DNA from: Phoronis australis | Lineage: Eukaryota > Animalia > Phoronida | Assembly: GCA_002633005.1 (NCBI GenBank) | Contig: NMRA01000345.1 | Coordinates: 186,001-250,000, forward strand | Length of the DNA: 64,000 nucleotides | Direction of reading: 5' to 3' | In this document: in pieces, positions 43,064 to 57,705 of the stretch | Layout: every line of letters starts with the position of its first letter | Numbering within the stretch: the stretch's first letter is position 1 | Program-made: the position numbers and the translations under genes | Notes under the pieces: generated by a model | Database searches by the model: none | Told to the model about the DNA's origin: nothing | The model's input: only the letters and a program-made list of their open reading frames with translations

Positions 43064-45482
43064 ATCGACGGACAAGAACTAGCGGTCTTGTCGAAAACTA
43101 AAGCAGCCAAGAGGGTAGTCGAATCAAAACGAAAATCGGCTTCTGACAGCGCCTCCATCCCTGTCATATATCTTTGTGCCAAATTTTATCCAGTTGTGCC
43201 TAGCGTTTTTTTTTCTTTTGAGATAGCCAACTTAAAGGAGAATGCCACCCGATTTCATTAGTCTTTTTTGCAGTCTTAATCGGTCTATATCCACTTCACC
43301 TCGCATACGGTCGACCTTACCTTGCCAAGAGGTGTCGCGTTAACCTGTGAGGAAGGTGAGAAACGACGCTAGCGACGTCAGTGGTTCATATGCAGAGTGA
43401 ATGCCGCTATGTTGCGGTGCATCGTTCCCGCTTGTCCGAACTAAGCAGCTGCGAGGAAAGCGGGTATTTCGTTTTTTGTTTTTTTTTACTTCCTCGACAG
43501 TCCGAAATGCTTAGGAAGTGGCTCATGGTAGTGAAAAATGAAATGTACGCTGTAAATAGCAAGTATGAGGCCGTGAAACATCTCCGTGTCCGTGGCCTGC
43601 AGACGTCGACAGCGCCTGACGAATGCCGGCTTACCAAATAACTCCATACGTTCCGTTGTCTGAGCTTGTTCACGGCGCCTCTCTAGTATTTCTTCATCAC
43701 TGTATTCCTGCTCGAATTGATACCCTGTAAAACTTAACGATCCACCTGCGAAGTCGGGACTGATGAGCTTTAGCTCGTCCTATGTCGGGATTGCGAGTTA
43801 CCATGTTGGCTTTTTTAAAAAAGGGCTCTGTTTCAAAATGAATTATTCTCACCCTAACAATTACTTATATAAAACTAAAACAAAGTCTGTCTCATTAGAT
43901 GCAATTTGTAATGCCTTTGGAGTGTTCGTGAGTGCAAATGATTTGAGAAGCCCGCAATTATTAAATCACTGCGTTACCGGCTGGGAAATAAAACTAATTG
44001 ACGGGACACCGAGGCCGTGTGAGCTCATGCTAATTTAGTGTTTGCTGGCAGAAACTGTTGTGAAATAACTCGATTTCCATCCCACGGCCAGGTGTTAGTG
44101 GAATCTTAATTTACATTTACATTACTTAAATAATGATTGTCAATGTACAACTTCTGCCCTGACGGTGCTGTGGCCAAAGCGGAACCTAAATTCGCAGCCC
44201 CCGACGAGTAAGTAGATTTGCAGTTTCGTGGCAATTCACCAACATAATCAGGTGTACATTACTTGGGCTCACTAGTATAGTATTTTCTTGACTGGAAGTT
44301 TAGTTTCCACTGAATTTGGCTGGTTTATGTTCGTGATGTCTGATCATTTTCCGAGCCACTGGCCAGGATAACAATTGTGTTTAGAACACAAAAAATCACA
44401 AGTCTAAACAACACAGATCTTGGTTCTCCTGTCTGTATGTCACGGAAAATACTTCGAAATTATCTCCGAACAGACCCCAAACTCCTGCTACGGGCCTTAT
44501 TGGCCTGCCGAACTTTGTAGGCTACGGTGTGTCCAAATACCAATAAATCCGTACGAGCGAAATAAAACAACACGTTTTTATGTGAAATCGGTGTATTTTT
44601 AAGGGTTTTACATGGAAGTTTTATGATTTATTGGTGTTAAACGATGACTTCAAGCGATAAGCTGACACCAGTAACCCTTGTTGTGAACTGCTGAACAGAC
44701 TGCGTGTGAAACCGATGACGTCATTGGATAATTTCAACACCTCCGTCTGCCGTCAGGTAACGCAACCGTACGTGTCGTTATGGAGTAGAACTACTCGATC
44801 TAAATTGATACTAATTAGGTTGCTTTTTGGGTGGCATGCTCCTTTAACCTGTCTAGTCAAAAACTAAAATGGCCAACAGGGTGCTACAGTAGCCAAATGT
44901 GTCCGAAAATCGACTAGTGCTGGCGCATACCACCCATCTATCCCTATGTCACCATGATTCGTCAAGCGGTTTCAAGATAATCGATGGACAGGCAATGACT
45001 TGAGCAGTCGAAAACTAACGGGTGCCACAGTCCAAAAATTGAATAGTGCCGGCACACTCTCGCCATATACCTCTGTATCGAATTTCATCGTGATCTGTCA
45101 AGCAGTTTTTGAGATAATCGACGCTTTTTAAGTAGGAAGACAATTGACAAAACTGTAACAGTGTGGAATGCATTAAAATGTAATTCGTAAGTGAACATAT
45201 CTTATTCCAGTAAAAATCATAAGTGTGCAGAATTAAAAAATTGCCATTTTTAAATATATCATGGCTTGACGGAAACGAAATCACCTAACCTGGGGAAACA
45301 CGCTAGCCAAATCCGTCGAAAAATCAACTGGTGCTGGCGCATATCCGCCAAGTACCTCTACACCAAATTTCATGATACGCCAAGTGGTTCTTGAGATAAT
45401 AGGCAGGAATGATAAGGACAGACGAACGGACGGACGGAATGCCGACAAAATGCGACCACAACTTTTTGTGGGTGCAGAAAAA
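43064..45482. mobile_element. Second Helentron/HINE-like tandem-unit element, interrupted by the Kolobok insertion
   Basis: Same unit type on both sides of 43236-44843; (ACGG)n at 45419-45437; terminal hairpin TGCGACCACAACTTTTTGTGGGTGCA followed by GAAAAA. Confidence 0.55.
43236..44843 (+). mobile_element. Internally deleted Kolobok DNA transposon, 1608 bp
   Basis: TTAA TSDs (43232-43235, 44844-44847); TIR AGGAGAATGCCACCC / GGGTGGCATGCTCCT; decayed THAP domain on + (43409-43602) and KolX-like exon on - (43635-43724). Confidence 0.82.
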
Positions 45483-46895
45483 TTCCAAGAGATCACAATG
45501 TCCATTAAAAGTAACTTGCTTTTCAAAGACACCTGCGAGCAATACTTTAGACTCCGACCAGGTGTCTAATGTCAATATTTTTTTCAATTTTAAGAATCTA
45601 CGAATCTGTAAGTTCTTTCACCAACGCTTTTAGGCTGCTATGCCAAGTGAATATTGGAACTTGTCATTCGACTCCTCACATTTTTTTAAAATTCATCAGA
45701 TTTTCTTAGATGTGTTAACACCAGTTTAGTGTTGCAGTAATTTTCATTCTAATATGACTGTACAGCACATGGCTGTAATCAAGTTGCCCATGACTTGAAT
45801 AATGGCATTGTGTACGTATTGCACTCTGTACACTAGCAGCATGGGCCTGTCTTGTTGTTCATGGGTATTTTTGAATATCCGTCGAGTGAATTTTTTGTGA
45901 GTTTCGACTTTTTCAGATGGTATTGAGGTTGGTGTTCGCCTGAACCTGTCAACATTTACAGGGCAAAAAATACCACCCACTTATAATGATATACTTCTTT
46001 CAGGAAGGACCACAAATTTCTTCAAAACACAACCAACCACCCATAATTTTTTATTTCAACTGCCTTCTCATACCGATTTTGCTGGAAGAGCCCTTAGCAC
46101 TATTCTGAGGTTAACAGATTATTTGCTGGCGAAACCTATTTTCAAGGACAATTTCTGGCAACATGGCAGGCGTGTGTTCGCTGATGCAAGAACCTTGCAA
46201 AAACCCAAGATCATGCAAGACTGCGATATCAGCATGTACTACAACCAAGCACATGATCACACTAGCTTCCTTCCAAAGATTCTTGCCTCTACAAAACTAC
46301 ACCCTGCGATGCCATTTCTGTTTGCTGTGAGCAATGGCGATAAGATGACCTTTCAAGCACTGCCGTGTCGGCTAGCCCTCCCCCACCCAAATTGGTTAGA
46401 GAAAAGAATTCGGCATCATCTTTCTTCATCTCTGGTGAATTTTCCATTTTTCTGAAAAATTGAGCACCTAAAAAGTACCACCCATTCATTAAAAAAGACA
46501 GGCAAGAACCAACCATACTTGGGTGAAGTTTTACGTGTCTGCTGAGTCATTCTGAAGTAGAAAAATTTTCATCAACATAAAATTGTAGACCAGTAAATAA
46601 ACTATGAGGTGATACCACTCATATCAGCAGCGCTAGGCGAGTCGAATGATTATGTTGAATATGATTCAAACACTGTTCATTGCCAGGTGACGTAGCGGCA
46701 CAACTTGAACGGGATGATCACTGTTCTTGTTGTCGGTCAATCCAGTGTTGACTTTCCACTTGCCCTTGTCACAATGACACACAGAAGCAGAATGGTTGAG
46801 GCCATACCACTTCTTCTATAAGATATGTTGAGCTCAGGAATGTGTTAGTACCAAAGTGGATATTGTAAGTGGACGTCTTGATATCTTAAGTACTC

Positions 46896-47717
46896 CCATA
46901 CGAAAAAGAAAGTGAGAATCTCACTGGATTCCAGTTAGATTCCAGTTAGATTCTCACTAAATCACCAATTATAGTTAGAAATGCCAGTGAGAACCCAGTG
47001 GGAATTGAACAGGGGCAGTCAGTGAGAAAATAGTGAGAAAATGTTATGTGACAGTGAGAATTTTGGTCTTAGAAAAATTCTGAGTGAGAATCAGTGAGAA
47101 TTTCAGACTTAGGAAAAATCTGAGTGAGAATTGAGTGAGAATTTGGACTTGCCAAAATTGGAGTGAGAATTCAGTGAGAATCTAAGATAAACAAACATCC
47201 TGATTGGCTGTAACTGTAGAAATTTCAGTTGAACCAGATTTCTGAATTCAAACTAAGATGGCGCCAGGAATGAGCAGTTGGAGAAATAGCTTGAAGATTG
47301 TTGATGTTTTTCTCACAAATATTCTGAAATTACTGAACTGAGTTTGTCTGCAAGTCAACCACAGGTGATCCTGGACTGATTTTGCGTGTTAATAAGCTTA
47401 TGGTTAGTACATTTCATACATCTAGTAGAGTGCATGAAGCACCAGTATTAGGCTGATGTCTTCATTCTGTGTTGACAGCTGGGTTTTCAGTATTTTGCTG
47501 ATTCACCAAAGGCATTATAGTTATTATTTTATGTCTGCTATATTTCACAATTAGCAATTATTAAATTGTATCCTTAGTCAAAGTTCAAGATAAACTCACA
47601 AAAATAAGCAGTGTTTTGGTTACCAAAAAGGTTTGATCTCGATTCTATTCAGTCAGTGGCTGAAAAGGCACACACAAAATTTTCTAAGTTCAAAATTCTC
47701 ACCCAGTGAGATTTTCA
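46896..47717. mobile_element. Non-autonomous DNA element with dense subterminal AGTGAGAA motifs, truncated at N 47718
   Basis: More than 10 GTGAGAA/TTCTCAC motifs at 46912-47181; GTGAGAATCTCACTGG is mirrored at 47696-47717. Confidence 0.45.
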
Positions 47718-50700
47718 NGCCGGTCGGCTAATTTTTAGCCGACCGGTCGGCAAATTAGACGACCGGTCGACGGCTAGTCGTCGACCAATTTCCGACCGGG
47801 CGGCCAAAAATTCGTGATGTGTGCTGTAAGTGAAAAATGTCAACACGAATATGCAATGGGATTTTTACAATAACAAAGATGAAAAAAGCATAACAACATT
47901 ACATAAAGTGTTGCATACATTTCTGAGAACGAATACACCTTTGCATACTATGTTTTACAAAATAGAGCTGTCAGAGCACACCAAAATACAAATTTCATCA
48001 GAAAAACTTCAATAGTCTAAAATGGTTAGTCATTTATATATCATTTTGAAATATTTTTTCGAGTTTTTTTAATTTTTGCAGCCTCAAAATAGCCTTTTTT
48101 AGCAAATAGCACCCAAAAGTATCAGGCCACAAAAATATCAAGTTTAGAAAACTATATTTGGGAATCCATCGCTTACTGTGTTGCTAAAACAAGATGGAGT
48201 CCTTTACATATACGTTAACAACATATCGTCACCAAACCACTTTTTTAAAACGACAAAACACTTCAAGAATTACCATGGTTCGGTGAAAATATTTCATTTG
48301 TTCCAAAATATTTCAAAACAATTCTAAAAATGAAATTGGTGTAACAAATGATTTCAAAAATAGCAAAAACCAGAAACCTAGTTTTTTCAGAGTATTTCGT
48401 CATTTATTCAAAAATCTTTGAGGTTATACGAATTATTCTATTTTCCCCAAGTGAGATCAATGGTCTCACAATCTTAAGTTACGCACCATGCATTTTTAAT
48501 TAAACAAAATTAAATTCAACAATAAAATTTCAATGAAATTCAAATCAATTTCATTCTTGTCAAATAATATAAGAATTGAGAGGCGTTGTGTTAGTGACCA
48601 TCCAAAAAGAGCATACTCGTATTCTATTCTAAACGGTTTTGATGTACTGCAGCCTTGAATAAACAATTATTTTAATGCAAAATGTATTTTTTTAAATGAA
48701 ACAGATCACACCATCACAAGGTAGAAAACATGTAACAAATTTATTTTTGAAGAAAATAGACTGAATCTATCCCCAAAACTAAAGTTAAATTGAATTTTAA
48801 AAATATTCTGCACTGTTATAATGAAAATATTTCACCAATTTGGGTCACTTTATGTAATTTAGGGAATTTTTGACTGGTTCTGTTTAATCCATTTGACCAA
48901 TCAAATTTGAGTTCAGTTTTAACCCCGGAAAGGTCTGCATGGTTCTTGAAAATGACTGAATTTGTCTTTTTTGGAAGAGTACACATGCAGGATTTTTCCA
49001 GGTTAGAAATTGAAAAGGCATCAAATTAAAAAAACTACATTTTCCCATACTTTTATCAAAAAAGTGTAAAAGAACTGTATTTTATTCTGAATAAATTCTG
49101 GATAGTTTTCTATGAATTGTTGATTAATTTCACAAATAATTCAACACCAAAAATTAAACGTATATTCTCTAACGAAGCTAAAAAAATTACCGGCTTGGAG
49201 CGCTGCTTAGTCTCGTGACGTATTTGGCTGGGGCAAAGTCACTGTCCTGTGTTAGCGTGCAATCAAGTAGCGTTTTTCATATTGTCGGAATAAGAAATTT
49301 TATTGTGAAATTTCGGGTCAAAAGGGATACCTGTTTGAGCCGAGGCAACGCAAAGTGATACCCAGTCATCGTCATCGTCAGACGAAAATTTGCCGGTGCA
49401 ACTGGTGTCAGTGACTGTGCCGAGCGCAATGTGGACTCTAGCCATCCAGTCAACCAGCTGTCAGCCCGAATACTCCGGCAGCTCTGTAAACTTGAAGGGT
49501 TGGTAAGTTACCGACTGTAGCTGTATGAAGACTATCGTACCACTGTGTGTTGAGCTCCGTTAACCCCGAAATTTCAGACAGCCGTTGACTACCCGGGTAT
49601 AGTTGACTCAGTTATGCTCGTCACCTCGTCGTAAAACTTAGGCTACATCAACATATAAAGCTAACGGACCGGCGAGGGCGCATGCAAAATCTGGTGTAGT
49701 CACCCGACACTCCCATTGTTCGTTGCAGCCGTTTAAGTGCAAACAATCAAATAAACGTCATTTGGTAGATTAAATTACCGCCTTTTTAACAAAGAAGTGT
49801 ATCGCCCGTTTCAAGAACAGCACGCGCCATTTCATAAAAATTTGAGACATCTTTCAGGACATGATAACAGCTTCGCAGCACCAAGGTTGTTCTAAAATTC
49901 GGTTTGCTGGTGTAAAAATACTTAAAACTTGAAACAAAATGAAACAAGCTCCGATAATTTGTTATAACATGTACGCAACCTAGGTACCGTCAGCAACGAA
50001 AACTTGATAAAAGAATAAGGGGAAAAGAAACTGGTAAAGGTCAGGTGACGTAATCGCAAGAAGCCGACTCAAGAGAACACATCAAAATTTTACTAGCAGC
50101 AGCCGATGAATGATCGCTAACATTTCCAACACCGGTAAATACAGAAGTTAGTTTACTCTAGGAACCTGGTACCTAGGCTTACTCAAGGATGACTTAGTTT
50201 TAATGACATTTATTTGAGTCAGATTTTATTTGTACATTTTTTACCCATATCGGCTTAAACCTGTAGGCCTACATGTATATCTACACTGTCACTGAGCTTT
50301 GGGCCAAGGCTTGGGTAACCCGGCGATGCTATGCGATGACCATCCCTTTAGAAGACACCTTTTTCGAAGAGTTTGAGCAACCAGGTGCCATACAAAAAGG
50401 CATAGCGAACCTTTTAGGGCACTGTGGCAAACAATAAAAAATAAGGACCATTGATACAATGATAAATTGCGAAGTAAACTCTTCAAATATGACAATGAAT
50501 GTTTAAAGCAGCCGAAACCCCGCCGTTCACGTCACTGACACATCAGCCAATCAGCGATCGCTTTCAGAATTCAGTGTTTTTACCATGAATTCGAATTGGC
50601 TTTTGTTTGGCACGCAAGTCAGGCAAATGTGAGTTTTATTTGTATGTCAGAACCGATTAACTGCAACATTATTTTGACTACAGTCCCCTTTTAAGGCGGA

Positions 50701-50719
50701 TGTTTTTAGCAGTTTAACA

Positions 50720-50878
50720 TCAATAGCGGATTTACAGGCTGGCCAAGCGGGCTACAACCCCCCTAAAATTTCCCCAGATTCCATTTGGCAGATCGGGAGT
50801 GCCAATGTCTGAAGGACAAAATACTGGCTAATACTCTGCTCTGGTCCCCCTAACACAAAATCCTTGATCCGCCCCTGG
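50720..50878. mobile_element. Short MITE of the CAGGGGCGGAT/CAGTGGCG type
   Basis: CAATAGCGGAT ... ATCCGCCCCTG; similar ends at 4186, 36561, 63134. Confidence 0.45.
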
Positions 50879-53800
50879 ATATACATATCATTAAAATCGG
50901 TTTAGTAACGGCCATTTAGCAACTGGAAATTTATCCCCTTCTCAAGTGCTGCAGTACTTCGATTTTTAAAAATATTCATGAATGACCCCATTTGTTGAAA
51001 CGGATATCAATATAAAGAACAAAGTTTAAATATTTCGATGGCATACTTTTCATTTTCCACCACTTTTCATCATATGTATGAGCTTCTGAAAATCATGAAA
51101 ACTGGCAAAATTTTTGCTCTTGCTGAATTTTGGATATATTGGTAAACCATGGCTTATGTATTGTAAACATAGTGACGAATGAGAAACTGCATCCAAAATC
51201 GCAAAAATCAAGCTAAATTTCATCATAAATGACTGAGAATTCAACTGGTGAAAAGAATTATCCATTTAGCTTAACCTTTTCATTGGGCCAAACTCCTCGA
51301 TTCGTGTGTTGAACTGTGCCAGCAAGCGGACCGATCAACATCTTGTCAAGTTAATTCCGACACGTTTCGTACCAATAATTCGACTTGAATAGCTCGCATA
51401 CGCGATTTAGTTTGCATTAAACACAACAAATTATTTTCAAACTCAAAAATGTGCTTGACGTGCGTGAAATAAAAACCAAAGTTCACCTTCGTTACTATGC
51501 TTAGGCAAAAGGTATCCGCTCATCCATAACCTTTACGACAAACAGATGGCAATCGAACCGGCTGTAGACGTCAAGTCGAAATTGACCTACCTTTTGAACT
51601 TTCCATGTCAGAGGTCGCTGTTGAAGTAGTGCGGGAGGTGAATACGAAAAACTTCATTACATGGCCGTATTTCCCTCAACAGATTCAATGCGCGTGGGAT
51701 AAAATGAACGACACGACATTACATGCACGCATAATGCTCTTCGACTTCCATGGGTTTCTATATTTTTTTATCAAGTGTTTCACGCGAACGCATGCCTCAA
51801 ATCTATTTTGTTAGAATTAATCGAGTGTACATGAGGGCACCAAGCCTATAAATTGGGGGCTCGATTGTGTACCTTTTATTATAAAATCCATTGGGTATGT
51901 TCAGGGCTATGAATTGCAGAAGCTTTTTTGGACTTCCTGCCTTCTAGTGGACTTTTGTCTCGTTTTCTACTTTTTTCGGAGTTCTTGCTTCTCTGACTGT
52001 GGCAGACCTTTTTCCATTTCTCCAAATAGGGGCTCGTTCGAGCACCTAAGCATGACAAGTCCAATACAAAATGTTATCATTTGTTATTTATTAAACAGTA
52101 AATACCAAGGAAGTGAGCTTACAAGTGAACCATATCCATAACTGTAATTTGATTGGAGGTGGAATTCTCAATGACACAAATCCAAGAACCCATGAAATAA
52201 AAACTTCCAGTGAACTTTTTTTAAATTTATGTATCAATCTATTGAAATAAAAGTAAACCCAAGGCATCAAGAAATAATGCCTGAAGATGCTAGTATGGCA
52301 AACTAATTCTGTCATGCTTTGGTCATTCAATCATTGAAATGAAAGAACAAATCAGAGGCCGACTGCAGACCTGTGTACCACCAAAACTCCATTGGAGTAC
52401 TCTGAACACCAGATTTGCAGATTTTCAGTAAATTTGCAGATTTTCAAGCACAGACCAAATTTACCCTAAAATATGCGGGGGGTTAATTTTCACAGTGGAC
52501 CTTTCACTAACTAAAAAAAGAAAAAAACAACGGGTTTGTTCAACGTTCAGAGCTTTCGCCGAATACTTGCCTCTTTAGTGGACTTTTGTCTTGTTTAGTC
52601 AAACTTTTGGTTTCTCAAATGACCCCCCCCCCCTCCCCCCGAGGACAGTTTTCCTACTTACTTGCCTCTAAAATACACGCAGTGACTTGATCACCAATTT
52701 TCAGAATAATTTAAGTCGTTTAATTGAGGGAAAACGCGCTAAGTGAAAAGATCCTGTTAATCAAATGTCCTTACTGAACTTAGTTGTCTTTACATGTCTA
52801 ACCATTAGGCTAATGATTAACCTAATGATTAATCATGTATATACACCTCATTTCTTAACACAAAAACATATCTGCAAATATGTGTTGATGAATCTGTACT
52901 GGACAATGTTTCGCACCAGACGATATTTTCTACACCAATCACAAAAGTTTTGAACAATTATTCATTGCAAGTGTCTGTGAACACGTACCACCGTACTGCA
53001 TGCGAAAAGACCTCGAGGCTCGACTGTGCCTTGAGTATTATCGTCAGCTCTACATGCTACGAAGTCAGTGCAGATCACCATGTCCGCAAAAAAACAACAC
53101 GCCTTACAACTTCCAGTATAAATTCCACGGCCCCTTGAATAAGACATTGTCATTCTTTCGGAATAACGCTGTAAAAAACAGATGTCCCCTTCTTTCGGAA
53201 GCTACCTTCTTCACAGCACAGAATATGCGACCACATGCTTTGCCATTTTGTCAACAATACGTATTTAGCCGTAAATAGCCGGAATTAGACGAAGTAAGCA
53301 ATCAACAAATCACAGAAGTCGTTGCTTATTGGTTAGGCCTGTGACACACATACCGGTAGAAGAGGCCTCGCGATTCGCCGATAATCAGGCTATTTCGAGA
53401 ATGAAACGAAGCAAGTTTTCCGAGTTTGTAAAAAATTATGATTTTACAATATTTTTTTTTTTTTTTTTAATTTCTAACTTTAAAATCTTCTTCCTCGTCC
53501 GTTTAGACTACAAATCGGCGTATTTATTGAGAAACAAGCGAATTAATAATCAATTTTGAATTTGCTGAATTTGCGTATTTTTGGCTGGCCGTGCGTACTT
53601 GCGTACTGGAGGCTTGATGTCCGTACGAGTCCGCATTTTTTGCGTATGATACACAGGTCTGCTATTACATTTTTAATAATTTAGGTACTCCACAGTTCAA
53701 ATAAAAATTGAGTGTTTTCCTGCGGAACTCTATATTTGGTTTCAGTCCCTTCACACAGTCTCCATAAACATTAATTTATATTAATTGTATTTTTGTCTTA

Positions 53801-56800
53801 ACGTGATTGAAGTGTATTACAACTTAAAGACTATCAAGGTAGTTGACATTAAGATCTACTGTACATCAGTCAAAACTAAAATAATGATGTTTAGGTGAAT
53901 TCAGTATTGGAACGTTATGTAAGCCACAATGATTCAACCTTTTACCATAATAAGTAACTTAAATTCACAGTAATTTTTAACATTTAAACATTACACAACT
54001 ACGCAAGTTTTCATGATATGAAAGTGGACATGCGTGTTTCTATTACCATGGTGACCGAATAGTACATACTTTAACCAAAATTTGACAAGCATGATTTAAG
54101 AAAACATAAAATTGCAAGGAACAAGAATTGGAGGCTTGAAGCTTCACAATTCAACATAGCCTATACACGTATGTCTAATTAAGCTTCTTCATATTGTTGA
54201 CTTTATAACCTGAATTAAACAAGCCAAGAGTCACAAAACATAACTTCATAGCAATTTAGAGTTAAAATTTAGAAAAATGTGAATCATTTTGTGACACCTA
54301 ATCAAGCCTTAAACAGCAGTTGATAGTCAACCAAAAAAAAATTTCAAAATTATTTCAACAAGTCAATTCTTTAGCTTAGTGCAAGATCACCTGAATGGGA
54401 ATTTCACAGTAAATAATTCGATTATGCCTTATTTTTTGCACAAAAAACACGAAAACTAAATAAAGTACCTTCTTGTAGCAACGTTTGTCAAAATGTATCA
54501 ACGTCAAACCTTCACAAATTACAAAGTAGCCAGTTGAACATGCCTTCCAGTTCAGTAAAGCCGCCATGTTTTTGGTGCCGCCAGAAATGAGTCCAACGGG
54601 CATTGTGATCAAATTTTTCACTAATAAGTATCAACTGCGATGCTGAAATTTGGTGGAAGCTGTTGAAACTTGCAGAAAAGTAAAAAAGAATTCTTTCTAA
54701 ATTTCACCGAGAATTGTTGGCGAAAAAAATTAAGACAAAGTTTTATTAAACTCTCAATTTATCCCGCTGTCGTCCAAGATGGATTACCCAATTCAAACCA
54801 AGTGACCCACTTTTCGCAACAAAATTGCAATAGCTTTGCACTGCTTGTCTCAATTTTGATACTTTTTTGATTTATACTTTCCGATGACGGCAAACCACTT
54901 TTTCAAAACGAAGAAAATAAAAACAAAAATGGTTCGACTCTTATAGGTTCATAGGTTCGACCACACTTCAAAGAAGGAACTAAACACCAATGCTATTTTA
55001 ACATATTAAAGAAAATTACGCGTAACATTCCAAAAAATAACGACTTCTAACTACGTATTATAAATACACGATATATACTAACGAATCAAGAGAATTTACC
55101 AATAAAACAAAATAATGAAGACTTTTCGAGCAAGCGAGGACAAAATGTCGGCGTTCAGTACAAGTTCCTGAACTGACATGCCGGAAATTTTGGTAAGAAA
55201 ATAACCGGTGACAGCTAGTACTTATCTGCTCACAGACACAAACACAATTAAAAAACACGCTTGTGGCGCAAAAAGAGAAGAGGATATAACGAAAAGGTAT
55301 CGAAAATAATATTTTATTTATTTATTAAGTATTTTCGGATACTGAAGCCATATTGGCATTTTAAGACAAGGACTTTAAATTGTCAAGTCGAAAGTCTCTC
55401 AAATGTAAATAGGTTGTTTTCTGGATGTATTACATGATGAACCCGGTGAGTCAGTTGGCATTATGTTTGAGAATATGTAGGAAAAATGTAAAAGTCATGT
55501 AAACTTTAGTTTTCTTCCATTATCATTCGACAATGTCAGGTGAACTAAATGTAAATAAACCCCTTTGAGCTTTCAATTTGTAAGAATTGTTATTTGTAAA
55601 AACTGGTTTTGTGGCTATCCTGTTCGTAAAGACAAAACGAAGGCAATTTCTGCTCCTTTACCGAATTTTCGTTAAAAAACTGCGGTTGTGGAGCGATCTT
55701 TAGCGACGGCTTTCGGCGCCATGAACTATTGCGTCACCTATTGGCCAGTTCTTTTTTTCACCGATTCTTCAATCAACTGTTCTTCTTTCACGAGGTTGCG
55801 TACACGTCAAAACAAATTATCTGAAAACTGGTTTCCATTCGTTATTAGTTTCTAGAATTGTGGTACCGAAAAACCGAAGACAGTATGCTTAGGACACGCA
55901 CACGCGCCATTTCCTAAATTTTTGGGACATCTCTCGGGAGATGATGAGAGCTTGGCAGCAGCAAAATTTCTTCTGAAACTTCGGTATCATAGAACGCCAT
56001 TTTACCAACATTTACACAACAGTTATGAATCGAAGTGTGACACGTAGGCCTAATCAAATCTTGAAGAGCATTTGACTTCCAAACAAAAATTCAGTATTGA
56101 ACCAGTTCAACTAATTTTAGCCAACAGGAATTGTGATCACTTTCAATATTATTAACAAATGCGTGACTGAAAAACATTAACTCGCGCCGAATAGTAGGCA
56201 GAGACATGTCACTTAATTTCATCGTATTTTATTGGAACTTGGAACTTATGTCACTGTCGACAAAGACTGCTGACTCGATCCCAAAAAATGACTCAAATTT
56301 CGCCACAAAATGTTCAATAACTTCACTGTTTATAATGAAAAGAAATTTGATTCGACCGACCCAATTTCACTACAGAACACTTGTAACATAACGTCAAAGT
56401 ACATGTCATCGGGTTGCGCACCATAGGTGCTAGGGTTCTATTCATGTAGTCCCCACTTTTTTCAGTGCTGCGCCGCCCATGGAATAGGGGCGGTGCACAA
56501 CAGCGGGTATTAGACAGGATTTTGGACGTCAGACATTCGCACCCCTAAACTTGGAGTTTTATGGGGGCCGTGGCCTCCTTAGCCTCCTCTAAATTTGTCA
56601 ATTTATGCTACATATTTGCTGTTAGAAGTGAAAGTATTAAAGCAAAACATACCTTTAACGAACACACCAAAGACAAAATAAATCAAAATTGATGCCATTT
56701 TCACTTTTGCTCTCCTTCCAGCAAACGTTTTTTCTTTCGAACTTAACAGCAACGTGGCAAAGTTCGAAACAAGAATACGCAAGACCAGTGCTTCACGTGC

Positions 56801-57389
56801 GCATCACGTGGTGGAGACATCGTAAACCCCGAGGGTCACTCATACTAACAAGTCGCATGCGCAAAAAATGCGGTTTTGACGGACCTGCTTGACGTTCAGT
56901 AGGACCCTAAATTTCCAATTCGTCCACGCAAAAGACACCTTAAGCTGGGGTTTATATTTCAGAATTAATTCACAAGTCCGGTGAAAGAATGAATAGCAAC
57001 TTTTTCAAAAATGTCGGTAATATTTCAACGCTCGATAAGACAGGGGAAAGTGCTTGGTGAAAAACAAAACTTAAAAATCATGTCTTTGAATTCATTTTGA
57101 TTTCTTTAAAAAGCTACGTCAAAAATTTAACTCAAATAAAAGGTTGAATACAATAATGCAAATCACCAGCAATTGTCGTGTGAATACTGACAGCGTATTT
57201 TGTCACCTGGCAGAAATCGGCACCGGCCTCACAAGTCCATGTTTCAACATGTAAAAAATCTTGTTGATCACAAAACAGTGCGATCCTCACTTGACAATAT
57301 TGCGTAACTGTGGTTGAGTTTGCTGCCCGTACGAAAAAATCTGTAAACTTTTACCCGGCAGTTGCCGGAAAAATAATAACTTGCTAAGG

Positions 57390-57705
57390 GCAAAGTTACA
57401 CCTATTTTAAGGAAAAGGTCAAGGTTACACCTATTTTAAGAAGGCGGTAAAAATCATTTAACGAATCATCGTCCATTCTCAGTGGTCCATATAGCTATGG
57501 AAATTATAGAAAGAAGTGTTAACAACATATACACTCTTACTTGAAATGTGAGGAAAAAGTGCGTTTTTGCACTGTTCAATGTACAAGCACTTTTCTTCTT
57601 GATATAAATGTAATTGAACATTTACTGGAGAACAGGGCATTGGTAAAGTTGCTGGTGCAATCTTTTGTCGACCTGAAGAAAGATTTTGATAGTGTTGGCC
57701 ATATA
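57390..57705 (+). pseudogene. CR1/L2-group LINE reverse-transcriptase remnant
   Basis: AKVTPI(F)KKGGK..TNHRPFSV..MEIIER and GKVAGAI/FVDLKKDFDSVGH resemble AKVTPIFKKG..NYRPIS..FLDLKKAFDTVDH; frameshifted, with a local ~20-bp duplication. Confidence 0.75.

Noticed and set aside
47820-56400. Short ORFs (e.g. 49263-49445, 51879-52064) and an ~80-bp diverged direct repeat (49820 vs 55900)
   Set aside because: No recognisable domain or consistent exon chain; probably decayed transposon sequence whose termini I could not define
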